This document shows positions 31,701 through 37,424 of a stretch of DNA of 64,000 bases, in pieces (the stretch's first letter is position 1; each line of letters starts with the position of its first letter). The translations under genes and the position numbers were made by a program. Under the pieces are notes generated by a model, which saw only the letters and a list, made by a program, of their open reading frames with translations, was not told the DNA's origin and made no database searches. Source of the DNA: an uncultured archaeon. GTDB taxonomy: Archaea > Iainarchaeota > Iainarchaeia > Iainarchaeales > DATDZZ01. The stretch is taken from contig CAYJVY010000006.1 of assembly GCA_964373795.1 (NCBI GenBank), forward strand, positions 28,468-92,467. The letters are read 5' to 3'.

Positions 31701-32354
31701 AGTTACATCAAAAATAATTTGATCTGAAACAGTTAAAGGATTGTTACTTAAATCAAATCCTTTTACATAAACAGTTCTAATTCCTTCAGTTGAATTACAT
31801 CCTGCTCCTGATTCATTTGATAAATTAAATGACTTGCTTGAAGTGAATGCTTGCTGTGAAGTGAAGTTCACATTGTCACAACTGAATTGAAGAGAATTAA
31901 TATTGTTTCCATCAACTGTTAAAGTAACTTGAGCATTGTTGGAATAAGTTGCTGCATTATTAATTGAAGCACTTAAACTTCCAACCGCTGGAGGAGCAGT
32001 GTCTAAAAGAATTGCACTTGTTTGAGTTCCCAAATCAAAAGTGCTTCCGTTTGAAGCAATTCCAATTCCTGTTACTCCAACAACTTTTAATCCATCTCCA
32101 CCAATTAAATTCCATGAATGAGTATAAGTTCCAGCAGGCTTTGTAAAGCTTTGTTGCTGGCTTTGACCATCAAATACTGTGTAAACATGTGAAATTCCTC
32201 CTGAAACAGAAACAGTTACATTTATTGCAGGATTATTAGTTGTAGTTGAACCATTATTTAATGAAACACTTAAAGCAGCGAAAGCTATAGAAGAAACTAT
32301 AAGTAATCCAATTAATACGTAGAGATATCTAAAGGTTGAACTAAATGATCCCAC
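19782..32354 (-). CDS. Giant (4190 aa) secreted surface protein with about 14 tandem two-domain repeat units and C-terminal CARDB-like domains
   Basis: N-terminal signal peptide MGSFSSTFRYLYVLIGLLIVSSIAFA. There is a repeated roughly 200-aa unit. It contains M(K/R/Q)FSC(N/D)...F(A/S)...DFN(L/I/M)LD...GC(N/T)S.DGNK.V(F/Y)VKF.D and TGTASD..(S/T)GV(K/Q)KV.VS.D.G..F..A.GT..WS. The last ~500 aa show CARDB-like segments (DLRTDSLSAPGTVAINSTTVVDANISNIGNV...). Antisense ORFs inside the gene are artefacts. Confidence 0.85.
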   Translation of the reverse strand: MGSFSSTFRYLYVLIGLLIVSSIAFAALSVSLNNGSTTTNNPAINVTVSVSGGISHVYTVFDGQSQQQSFTKPAGTYTHSWNLIGGDGLKVVGVTGIGIASNGSTFDLGTQTSAILLDTAPPAVGSLSASINNAATYSNNAQVTLTVDGNNINSLQFSCDNVNFTSQQAFTSSKSFNLSNESGAGCNSTEGIRTVYVKGFDLSNNPLTVSDQIIFDVTPPTISITEPVNGVSYGPDNSANFALKFNLTDNVSGLNQTTYGETKLNVTPLTTQGNSKNYSSLTLTDLIVEPRSITGKNGSFRYSVNATDNAGNVSDANVTVTIDSTAPTGTLAINNGNAFTANGLVSLAVTASDNIVGTSLMRFSCNDSTFSTFTALAPLVNGFNLLDSALGCTLSEGTKNVYLQLKDGVGNVSASILDSIVYDITAPTSSISSHSNGQRTSNTSPTFTGTASDLFSGITKVEVSIDGGSFTQATGTTSWSFTPSSALSNGNHLIQTRATDGTGNLETPSAGITIQVDTTPPTNNSIVIADGNQFSNSSNPKLTLASQDALGTVTQMQFSCDGTNFSPAVNFATTYSQFNLTNGATGCNSTEGTKNVFVKFLDDLGNTSSSVSDAITFDATKPTSTITSHSNGQKINSSNLPLIVSGTASDSLSGVKKVFASKDGGITFQETTLNGSNWSISFGSSFTDGAINLVVKALDNAFNEQTVTTNLTLTLDTTAPASNSVSISKTNGFSNDVTPTLTLSSSDTTTSVAFMRFSCSQTGPYTSNFSFTTTSSQLDLSSNQFGCNSVDGLKTIFAIFEDELQNSSTAVSDSFTLDLTSPTSSISLTNDSNLNASKFPLSVSGTASDGAGAGVQLVQLSTNNEATFSNVTGTNNWNTVINSLTEGTYIFVSKATDNLGQVETPLSNKKLTVKVDLTLPTAPEPGSINLALAGTTKLNAGNFPFTLTGATSDAFTGVKEVYVSLDNAAFTLVTGTTSWSKTISLPADGSHNVRVLASDFADNNAIVVDRNFIVDTTPPTNNSISISGGANFTNAQKPSLTLASSDALGTVTQMQFSCNGTSFTSNVAFASSHSDFNILDSTVGCTSSDGNKTVFVKFTDDLGNISTAVSDGIFFDSTPGLPGISLFPPEDYNAGISFFPFTLTGTASDAGSGVKQVWVSDNNGLTFNLASGTGDWNYVINSLTEGAKEIQAKVTDNLDQNSQPSSRRITVDLTRPSSTISFPTNNAKYSSTSFFASTVSGTSSDAFTGAKKVLYSLNGAQFQNASGTTSWSIPSLTPIEGLNNLKVTGIDFADNDQLVLTDVNFVFDTIAPTGSIVVADGNAFTKNQKPSLALTASDATTSVQFMKFSCNDIAYTNNIAFATTYSDFNLLDSAFGCNSSDGNKSVFVKFLDEVGNESTAVSDEVFYDSTAPTAGISASNVDANIGVNSFPYTFAFDASDPNNGSGLLRAQLSLDNGLTFVDANNISVPIVSFIFNSITAGDHAVILRLTDNLANTADNTFTVVHVDLTPPTSTVTVPVSDANFNQFSLITFSGTAADNNVGVKKVFVSLDSGVTFRDANGSTNWSYTFNPDALQEGFYTLKVKAQDFADNNQSITTDVNYRLDFIAPTNLDLNIEGGANFTRKQKPALSLRAEDSVTGINFMQFSCNNVNYSSNVAYATTHSDFNILDPATGCTTADGNRTVYAKFTDYVGFSSTVSKNIFFDSTAPQINAVGATPPGGYGLNAFPFNYPINSSDSGSGLNKVQFKLDSGNFVDGNQVTANDWNFLVFDLSEGTHDLYVKVIDNLDNNFVEFLGGVFQVDKTRPTSIISSPLNNADLNARNFPLTVSGTAADNNSGVSKIWYSLDEGVSFNLATGTTSWNFIVSNPLTDGNHNLIIKAQDAADNNQLSLTSINVRVDSTSPTNADVNIESNALYTNKQKPSLSLNASDATTGVQFMKFSCSASGPFTSRIAFNSTHSDFNIVDPLFGCSTIDGNRTVFVAFEDLVDNNAIASETIFFDSTGANAVLVNPISDFNAGNNSFPLTVSGTASDGTGSGVQKVWVSTNNGNSFDLATGTTNWTYTLTSLTQGDYTLVVKAQDNLDLNGSTTIPQLLHVDLTNPSSVIVSPLNGAELKASNFPLTVTGTASDNNTGVQKVWIRFGSSNNFELASGTSNWNNVFTQPIDGNYSISVKSNDFADNNQSVLTDINVVVDSVAPTGTILIASGANFTNAQKPSLTLTALDVTTSVQFMKFSCNDIAYTSNIAFATTYSDFNLLDSAFGCTSSDGNKTVYVKFSDTAGNESNAFQDAIFFDSTAPSSVILSPADDSNFNASKFPLTVSGISADSTGSGVKKVFVSTNNGVTFAEATGTSVWSFIISDLSDGDYNVLVKGQDNLDQNEVPQRILIHVDKTIPTIAISSPSNDSNYTSSAFPLNVNGTSLDGFGTGVKQAWLSTDNGLTFTLATGTTSWSKSISLPADGLYQVKVKAQDFADNNSLTADLNFRVDNLPPTNADMNIANGVGYTNLSKPLLSLAALDAVTGVKFMRFSCDNLNYPANVAFASSHSDFNILDPVNGCIGGNGNKTVFVVFEDFTGNSSTQISKVVNYDTTPPTSNVSSPVSDFNAGNNSFPLTLSGTASDGTGSGVKTVWLSFDSGASFQDANGTTSWSFSKSSLTAGDYLVQVKAMDNLDQNQSSVSTVLLHVDLTPPNSVISNLANNARLSDANMPFTLTGTASDNNVGVKKVLVSTNGGISFTEATGTNSWSFSIPSLPDGNYSIKVKAQDFADNNQSVSTDVNFLFDSTPPINNLISIASGANFTNVQKPSLTLASTDALTNVASMQFSCDNVSFTSYVSFASSYSDFNMLDSTFGCNSVDGNKTIFARFADDLNNVSTAVSDGIFFDTTAPTGAFVSPVQDFNAGANALPLTLTGTASDAGSGVKQVFVSTNGGLTFPNLATGTTNWTRNLGSPVDGNYNIFIRVVDNLDQNSPSIGPLVLHIDTVVPSSTITSPLNGSDFNANEFPITISGTASDAFTGVRKVFLSTNGGTSFTDANGSNAWSFVISTPLTDGVHTLKSKANDFADNNQTSFTDVNIIVDSTPPIGASIVIQNGDNFSNDQKPDLTLTASDATTSVQFMKFSCNDIAYTNNIAFATTYSDFNMIDPAFGCSGLNGLTGIYVKFTDAVGNESASVLDSIFFDTTPPTSSVSSPVNDFNAGLNAFPLTVSGTSFDSGAGVKKVFISLDNGATFADANGSTNWSFSIASLTSGDYNIISKAQDNLDQNQVSLTTQLLHVDLVDPNTVITFPSGDLNAAQFPLTITGTASDVGTGLTKVFVSLDNGLTFADANDLSSWTFNVPTLVDGNYTLKAKARDYADNNDLTPASITLTVDKTPPTDTGISIANLLGFTNAQKPVLTLNASDGSGTGVAFMRFSCDNITFTSNIPFATSYSDFNMLDPAFGCTSGDGLKTVYAGFEDVIGNSSTAVSDSVSFDSTQPTALITSPVSDFNAGNNSFPLTVSGTASDGTGSGVQKVFVSTDNGTSFQDANGTTSWSFTLSALTQADYNLVVKAQDNLDLNGLNSSIITIHVDLNNPSASFTSPTNNVDLNASDFPLTLSGTAVDNETGIRKVQLNVDGNSFTDANGSTNWSFVVSNTLSDGNHLFRVKPVDFADNNQSNTTLNVRVDKTAPTGTSIVVADGNTFTKNQKPSLALTASDATTSVQFMKFSCNDIAYTSNIAFATTYSDFNIMDTAFGCNGINGLVGVYVKFVDAVGNTSSSVLDTVFFDSNAPTITNLIPGQDQNTSDQTPTISADFNDALSGVDLNSVQLFLDGNNVTANANVSANKVTFTSLSNLSVGSHDVNVFVSDKLGTQAVKSFSFNVVSIASHDLRTDSLSAPGTVAINSTTVVDANISNIGNVLESSNVRFFVNGVLQETVTLTNLAPGQIAIYSFNFTPTSEGVFELKVSVDSVTGEVNLSDNNKTKNVTVQATHDVRVDSIVYGKASTTTYLYNQDISVDANVFNAGNVSEDVNVQLKAFNPSTGTIIFDYNVVRIAAGQTLPMRFSWDANNKGSTILTVHAVPVTGETSTTDNSKDYSLTVWSVVDTINARFFNSSNYPPSSVTAGANFFTIAVFENFTQSQENFKSLPIQVDVNGVFNVVASESAGANANASLDVNKLSSEDYYWQMNMPNPGSYLVTVKAGANTLDQATVTRVVTVT

Positions 32355-32543
32355 GACTTCACCAAAAATTCTTTTTTTTTACTAAAAAAATTGATTAGAA
32401 CTAGTAAACATTTGTGGCATGCATTGTATTTAAATGTTTCTATAATTGTACTTAAAGAAAAATTTTATAAATCTTCACTTTTTCAAGTAAAAAAATTACT
32501 TCACTCGCTTTTTAATAAAAAATTTGGTTGCAAAAAAATGAAT

Positions 32544-34082
32544 TTATTTTCTTGTTTTTGCTAGAAATCCTTGTTGTTCTCGAGTCATTCCAGTCCTTTG
32601 AGGTGAAAGTTTTCGTGCCTGGCCTGCAACTGCATTGAATAAACTTCCTACATCAACGTTAACGCTTCCTTGCCAAGCATTTCTATCAGCCATTTCAAAT
32701 TCAGCTGTAAAATTTACTCCATTGCCTGTAGTCCACCAACCTCTTAACCCTCCACCAAATTCTTTTCCAAAAGTTAATTCTCTTCTTCCAAGTTTATCAA
32801 AAGTTAAAAATGCTTCAATTCCTCTACCTCTTTCAAGATTTTCTAAACCAATTCCTCCAACAGTTCTTAAAGTATCAGCTGCTTCTTGAATTGATTGATA
32901 ATCTAATTGCAATCTATAAGAAATATTCCATCTATTTCCTGAAGGAGTAAGTTGTGCTCCAGCTTTTTCTAATTCAATTTTTTGATCTGGAGTTAAAGTT
33001 TTTCCTTCAACTCTAATTGATCCATCTCTTCCAATTGGAATTCTTCCAACAAGTAATCCTCTTAGAGAATGAGATCTTAAAATTGGATCGTCTTGAAATG
33101 CATGTTGTAAAGATAAATCAACTTTTCCACCTAAAGCTCTTCTTAAATCAATTCCTGTTACAACTCTTCTACCACTTTCTTTTGTTCCTTCTAGAGGGCC
33201 ATGAACTACTTCTGTTTTAGTCCAACCAGGACCTAAAGCTAAATCAATTCTTCTTCCAAATAAATCAAATTCATGTCCAAACATTAAATCAAATGTTTCC
33301 CTTCTTCTAACATCTCTTAACCTTGTTTTAACATCAATTGGACCAAAAGGAATTGGAGGTTGTGCAACTCCGCCAATTTCAGTTTGAACTTGTCCTGAAA
33401 CAGCTTTATTAGTAGTTGTTTCACTTGATTCATGTTCTCTTAAATATCTTCCACCTAATTTAATATCTGGCAAGTCAAGTGGAAATCTATGAATTACATC
33501 ACTTCCAGTTGTTTTATCTCTTCTAAGAAATTCTATAAACACTCCATCAATTATTCCTAAATCAAAATCTAATTGATTTACTTCTCTTCCAGCATTTTTT
33601 TGAATTCTTGAAACAGTTTCAGTATCAGTTGTAATAACAATTGGAGTTCCATGAATTTCTTGACTTGAAACGCTTCTTGAAGAAGCTGTAGAAGTCTTTG
33701 AAGGTTTTCCTCCAGTTCTTACTCCATAACCATAACTTAAACCAACTTGTCCATCAGGTAAATGAACTGTATTCAAAGAATTTCTAGTTGACCTAGGCAA
33801 GTCAACTCCAGTTTTTTCTCCTGACTTCATTAAAACACAACCTGCAAGCAAAGGAAGAACTAATAATGCAGCTCTGCCACCTCTTTTCCCAGGAAAAACA
33901 GCTGCAACTGGTTTGTTTCCTTTTCTAACAATTACTGCCCCTCTTTTTTTAAAATTTGCAATTTCAGCAGGAGTAGCAGGAGATAATGGTCTAAAAAGTT
34001 TTGCGCCTCTTTCTCTTACGCCTCGTAAAGCTGCACCAGCTTTTTTAAATTCTCTAACAAGTCTTCTTTCAGGTCTTGGCAT
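32544..34082 (-). CDS. Hypothetical beta-rich protein with bacterial-type lipobox (LLAGC) in a G+C-richer segment; true start unclear
   Basis: ORF of 512 aa in a segment visibly richer in G+C than its flanks. LLVLPLLAGC resembles a lipoprotein signal or lipobox. The body is G/R/D/T-rich with alternating patterns. The N-terminal 70 aa of the ORF are probably upstream read-through. Confidence 0.45.
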   Translation of the reverse strand: MPRPERRLVREFKKAGAALRGVRERGAKLFRPLSPATPAEIANFKKRGAVIVRKGNKPVAAVFPGKRGGRAALLVLPLLAGCVLMKSGEKTGVDLPRSTRNSLNTVHLPDGQVGLSYGYGVRTGGKPSKTSTASSRSVSSQEIHGTPIVITTDTETVSRIQKNAGREVNQLDFDLGIIDGVFIEFLRRDKTTGSDVIHRFPLDLPDIKLGGRYLREHESSETTTNKAVSGQVQTEIGGVAQPPIPFGPIDVKTRLRDVRRRETFDLMFGHEFDLFGRRIDLALGPGWTKTEVVHGPLEGTKESGRRVVTGIDLRRALGGKVDLSLQHAFQDDPILRSHSLRGLLVGRIPIGRDGSIRVEGKTLTPDQKIELEKAGAQLTPSGNRWNISYRLQLDYQSIQEAADTLRTVGGIGLENLERGRGIEAFLTFDKLGRRELTFGKEFGGGLRGWWTTGNGVNFTAEFEMADRNAWQGSVNVDVGSLFNAVAGQARKLSPQRTGMTREQQGFLAKTRK

Positions 34083-34167
34083 TACACATCACATCTTTTT
34101 ATTCTTTTAATTTGATATATTTATATTAATATCAACATTCTTGATATTTAAATAAGTTATGGTTATT

Positions 34168-34296
34168 TTATTAACATTCATTTGACAAAATTTTGACAAA
34201 TCTTTTGTTAACATTTTTTGCCAACATTCTTTTGTTAGCATTCTTTTGTCAACATTCAGTTGTTAACATTTTTTGTTAACATTCTTTTGTCAACTT
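34168..34296. repeat. About 9 tandem copies of a 14-bp unit (consensus ATTCTTTTGTTAAC / TTTTGTCAACATTC)
   Basis: Read directly from the sequence: ttaacattcattt / tgacaaaatttt / tgacaaatctttt / gttaacatttttt / gccaacattctttt / gttagcattctttt / gtcaacattcagt / tgttaacatttttt / gttaacattctttt / gtcaac. The unit equals the distal half of the conserved tRNA upstream element. Confidence 0.75.
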
Positions 34297-34317
34297 TTCT
34301 TTTTAAGAAAAGTTGTT
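34281..34317 (+). promoter_or_regulatory. tRNA-Ser upstream promoter-like element (TTCTTTTGTCAACTTTTCTTTTTAAGAAAAG)
   Basis: Near-identical to the 5' flank of tRNA-Asn and similar to that of tRNA-Leu. Positioned about -37 to -1. Confidence 0.5.
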
Positions 34318-34401
34318 GCAGAGGTGGCGGAGTGGCCTAACGCGGCAGCCTGCTAAGCTGTTTCTCGAAAGGGAGCGCGAGTTCAAATCTCGCCCTCTGC
34401 G
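34318..34401 (+). tRNA. tRNA-Ser (anticodon GCT), long variable arm, no encoded CCA
   Basis: GCAGAGG acceptor, anticodon stem GCAGC/GCTGT with loop CTGCTAA, long variable arm, T-arm GCGAG-TTCAAAT-CTCGC, 3' acceptor CCTCTGC, discriminator G. Confidence 0.9.
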
Positions 34402-34486
34402 TTCAAAAACTTTTAGAAAAAGTTTTTGTGATCAAAAGTTTTTTGCTTAGAGCAAAAAAGAAAAAGTAGGTTACAAGGAATGTTTT

Positions 34487-35149
34487 ATGTTTAAAAAAAT
34501 ATCAAGAATTGTAAGACTTAGGAGAAGGCTTGCAAAAGGAGATCAACACAGAATTGAAAGACGAAGAGAATTGATTGAACTTCGATATACAAATGAAGTA
34601 ATTGGGAAACTTTCTAGAGAATTAAATAAATTGCGTAGCAGAGTAGAAAATTGGGATAAAATTAATCCTGGAAATGATTCTAGACAAAGACAAGTAACTC
34701 GTTATGGTTCGCTTGTTATAGAGTTATGGAGTATTAATACTTTGGCACGAAACCTTGTAGGGAGTACAATTTATCCAAAACTATTGTTAAAAGTAAAAAT
34801 AGAGGAAGGACCAAAAAAAGATAGAAGAACGCATTTAGTTCAACTACAAGATTTAGAAAAAATTGGAGCCACCTGTCAAAAAATTGCAACAGGAGCAAAT
34901 TATACTGTAAGAGAATTAGCTGATGATTTAGTTAATCATGAAAGTGATTTAGGAAATAAAAAAGCAGAACAAGTTAAGCAAAGTTTAGATATAATCATAA
35001 CTGATTTAAAGCAAATTATTGGATGGACTGCCCCTTATGCAGAGGAAATTAAAAATAGTCTTAAGCGATCAAAAATTAGTGGAACAGCTTTATTTCTTGG
35101 CACTGCAAGAAAACTTAAATCATTACGCAAAAAATTCATGAGCAATTAA
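34487..35149 (+). CDS. Hypothetical basic protein
   Basis: ORF of 220 aa immediately downstream of tRNA-Ser. R/K-rich N-terminus (RIVRLRRRLAKGDQHRIERRREL). No recognised motif. Confidence 0.4.
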   Translation: MFKKISRIVRLRRRLAKGDQHRIERRRELIELRYTNEVIGKLSRELNKLRSRVENWDKINPGNDSRQRQVTRYGSLVIELWSINTLARNLVGSTIYPKLLLKVKIEEGPKKDRRTHLVQLQDLEKIGATCQKIATGANYTVRELADDLVNHESDLGNKKAEQVKQSLDIIITDLKQIIGWTAPYAEEIKNSLKRSKISGTALFLGTARKLKSLRKKFMSN

Positions 35150-35215
35150 TAAAATAAAAAACACATTCAACCTCTAAAACAATAGATTTAAATTTATTAA
35201 AGTTTTTATAATGTC

Positions 35216-36472
35216 ATGTCAAAAAAATTTGTAATTGTTTTTGTTGCATTTATTTTTTTAATTTTTTTAATTGGTTGTGTTGGAAAAAATTTGGGGGAAG
35301 GAATTCTTCCAACTGGTTTTGGAATAGGTGATGGCGCAACTGGAACTAGTTCTTCTTCAGGAAGTAGTGGAAGCAATCAAGGCACTGGAACTAGTGATTC
35401 TGGAACTGGAACTTCTCCAAATGGATCTTCAGACGGTAGCAAAAGTGATGGTGGAGAAAAAATTCCTGATGAATTGAAAAAACAAACTGAAGGCGCTGGA
35501 AGACAGTTTATTGAATCTGTTTTAAGCATGGAAAATCCTCCAAGATTAAATCTTTTAACTGCATTGGAAATGGCTCAAGGACTTGGTTGGAAAGCAGAGG
35601 AAGAAGCCTTAATGAAAAAATTAATTGATAAAATTGAATTCGAAATTAATTCTACTTTAAATAATCCAGGTGCATCTATTAGAGAACTATTAGAGGCAAT
35701 GCAGTTATCTCAACAACTTGGAGTAAGCGAAGAAAAAACTTATGAACAAGTTCTAGCTAGAATTGAACAAATACTTAAACAAAAATTGCAAGACTCAAAG
35801 CTTTGCAAACAACAATTGCTTGATGCAGCAGCTCTTGCACAACAACTAGGAATTAAAGAAATTGATGCAATTGCTTTGGAAAGAGTTCCAAATGCTTCAG
35901 CTATTTGTGGTACTTTAGATTTTAAAAAAGAAACAATTTACATAAAAACAGGTGAAAAAACAACTGTAACTGCAAATGTTGAAGGAACTATCAAGGAATT
36001 TGCATTCGGAGGATTTGCAGGAGAATTAAAACAATATTTTTTCGCAAATGCAAAACTGCGGTGGAGTTATTCCAAGTCTCCTGAAGAAAGTGAATGTATT
36101 TCAATTGAAAGAAAAGGAAATGGAACTGAAGCTCTTGAAAAAGAATTGGATAGTTTTATAATAGTTAAACCTGATGGCGCATATGAGGGGGGCATAAATA
36201 AAACAGTAAAACTAATTGTTACTAAAAAGAAAATTCCTTCTCCTCCAGACGATCCTGAAAGATGTGACGGGGTAGACATAGATGAATCCACTGAAGAAGA
36301 AAATTATCAATTAAATATCAAATTTAATGGAAACACTGATACAAAAACTTATTTGAAAGGAAGTTTGAATGAATTAACAAAAGCGGACGCATTTTCAGAC
36401 GAAACTAATTCAACTACTGCAAATTGGGAACTAAAATTATCGGATATTGGTTCAACAATAAAAATAGGATAA
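35216..36472 (+). CDS. Secreted lipoprotein-like protein with G/S/T-rich linker
   Basis: Signal peptide with LIGC lipobox-like Cys, followed by a GTSSSSGSSGSNQGTGTSDSGTGTS low-complexity linker. Confidence 0.5.
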   Translation: MSKKFVIVFVAFIFLIFLIGCVGKNLGEGILPTGFGIGDGATGTSSSSGSSGSNQGTGTSDSGTGTSPNGSSDGSKSDGGEKIPDELKKQTEGAGRQFIESVLSMENPPRLNLLTALEMAQGLGWKAEEEALMKKLIDKIEFEINSTLNNPGASIRELLEAMQLSQQLGVSEEKTYEQVLARIEQILKQKLQDSKLCKQQLLDAAALAQQLGIKEIDAIALERVPNASAICGTLDFKKETIYIKTGEKTTVTANVEGTIKEFAFGGFAGELKQYFFANAKLRWSYSKSPEESECISIERKGNGTEALEKELDSFIIVKPDGAYEGGINKTVKLIVTKKKIPSPPDDPERCDGVDIDESTEEENYQLNIKFNGNTDTKTYLKGSLNELTKADAFSDETNSTTANWELKLSDIGSTIKIG

Positions 36473-36586
36473 CATACAAAATTTTTGTTCCCCATTAATT
36501 GTTTTTTGATTAGCTAATTAAAAATTATCAAAAAAATAATGGATCCAGCGCTAATTTTGTTGAAATTCAGTAGCTTAAGTATTATT

Positions 36587-37234
36587 TTATCTTGGCTCTT
36601 TCCAGAAATGATTGAAGTATTTCATGTAGCTGTCCCGAATGTTTTTTGAATCCAGAATAAATGCAAACATTTCGCTCCAGAGCACTTGCGCAACCTTTTT
36701 TCCGAATATGATTATTACCATTGGCGAATTCAAGTCTTTAGGCAGTTGGCAATACTTGTAATGCATTTTTTTGTGTTTTTCGGTCTTGTCTGGCTCGTAG
36801 CCTTTGAGATATGTGCCATTATCGACAAGATCATACATTGTGTGCTTTTGTTGTGCACGCCTATCCATCCAGTGCCAGAACCATGTGTGCATACTTTGCG
36901 GAACCGCCTTTGATTGCGGGAAATTCTTTCCGCCAAGCGTGCTATTGCCCCCGATCCAATAGGATTCCTTGTAGTCAAGTAATTCATTCAGGAGAGATTT
37001 CATAGATTCATTTCCCCGGTAAACTTCAGCTTTAATCGAAGGTTTTGAGGCGCCATAAAGACTCTTTATTTCAGGAATTTTTTTCTCAAGTTGTTTTAGG
37101 GAATTTTCTTTTTTTCTTATTTCTTCCAATATTTTGTTGGGGTGCGTGCACTGATATGTCCTTTTTCCTTCTGCAATGCCGAACATATTCACGGGGTTGA
37201 GAATAGCAATGGGCATGTCGTGGGTTCTGCTCAT
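36587..37234 (-). CDS. Hypothetical protein encoded in a G+C-richer segment, overlapping the ABC permease remnant in antisense
   Basis: ORF of 215 aa. The segment 36540-38300 is visibly G+C-richer than its neighbours. W/H-rich stretch HTWFWHWMDRRAQQKH. No recognised motif. It may not be a real gene. Confidence 0.3.
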   Translation of the reverse strand: MSRTHDMPIAILNPVNMFGIAEGKRTYQCTHPNKILEEIRKKENSLKQLEKKIPEIKSLYGASKPSIKAEVYRGNESMKSLLNELLDYKESYWIGGNSTLGGKNFPQSKAVPQSMHTWFWHWMDRRAQQKHTMYDLVDNGTYLKGYEPDKTEKHKKMHYKYCQLPKDLNSPMVIIIFGKKVAQVLWSEMFAFILDSKNIRDSYMKYFNHFWKEPR

Positions 37235-37424
37235 AGCGTCGGAACTTATCGCCTCTTCAAAAGGGTTGGGCTGGTTGATTCAGGATTCACGGAGCTTTTC
37301 AAGGCCTGACGATATGCTTGTTGCAGTTATAACAATTGGTCTTTTAGGCGCGATTAGCGACAGGCTGCTTGTAATGTTTGAAAAGCGGATGCTTGCATGG
37401 AGAGAAACTTTCATAGGAGAATGA
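37176..37424 (+). pseudogene. C-terminal fragment (about 80 aa) of an ABC transporter permease (NitT/TauT, SsuC/TauC-like); the N-terminal ~170 aa are missing
   Basis: MPNIFTGLRIAMGMSWVLLIASELIASSKGLGWLIQDSRSFSRPDDMLVAVITIGLLGAISDRLLVMFEKRMLAWR matches the conserved C-terminal region of TauC/SsuC-type permeases. There is no upstream in-frame continuation. It overlaps the downstream ATPase start, as in intact operons. Confidence 0.55.

Noticed and set aside
32635-34110. Short plus-strand ORFs (84, 67 and 65 aa) inside the G+C-rich 512-aa gene
   Set aside because: Antisense to a much longer continuous frame. Elevated G+C explains their length.
34168-34296. Possibility that the 14-bp tandem array is a CRISPR array
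   Set aside because: The units are contiguous with no spacers and are too short (14 bp). No cas genes are nearby. The unit matches the tRNA upstream element instead.
36686-37005. Several short overlapping ORFs on both strands in the G+C-rich block (36686-36913 +, 36730-36987 -, 36811-37005 +)
   Set aside because: Higher G+C inflates random ORF length. They overlap each other and the 215-aa ORF, and none has motifs.
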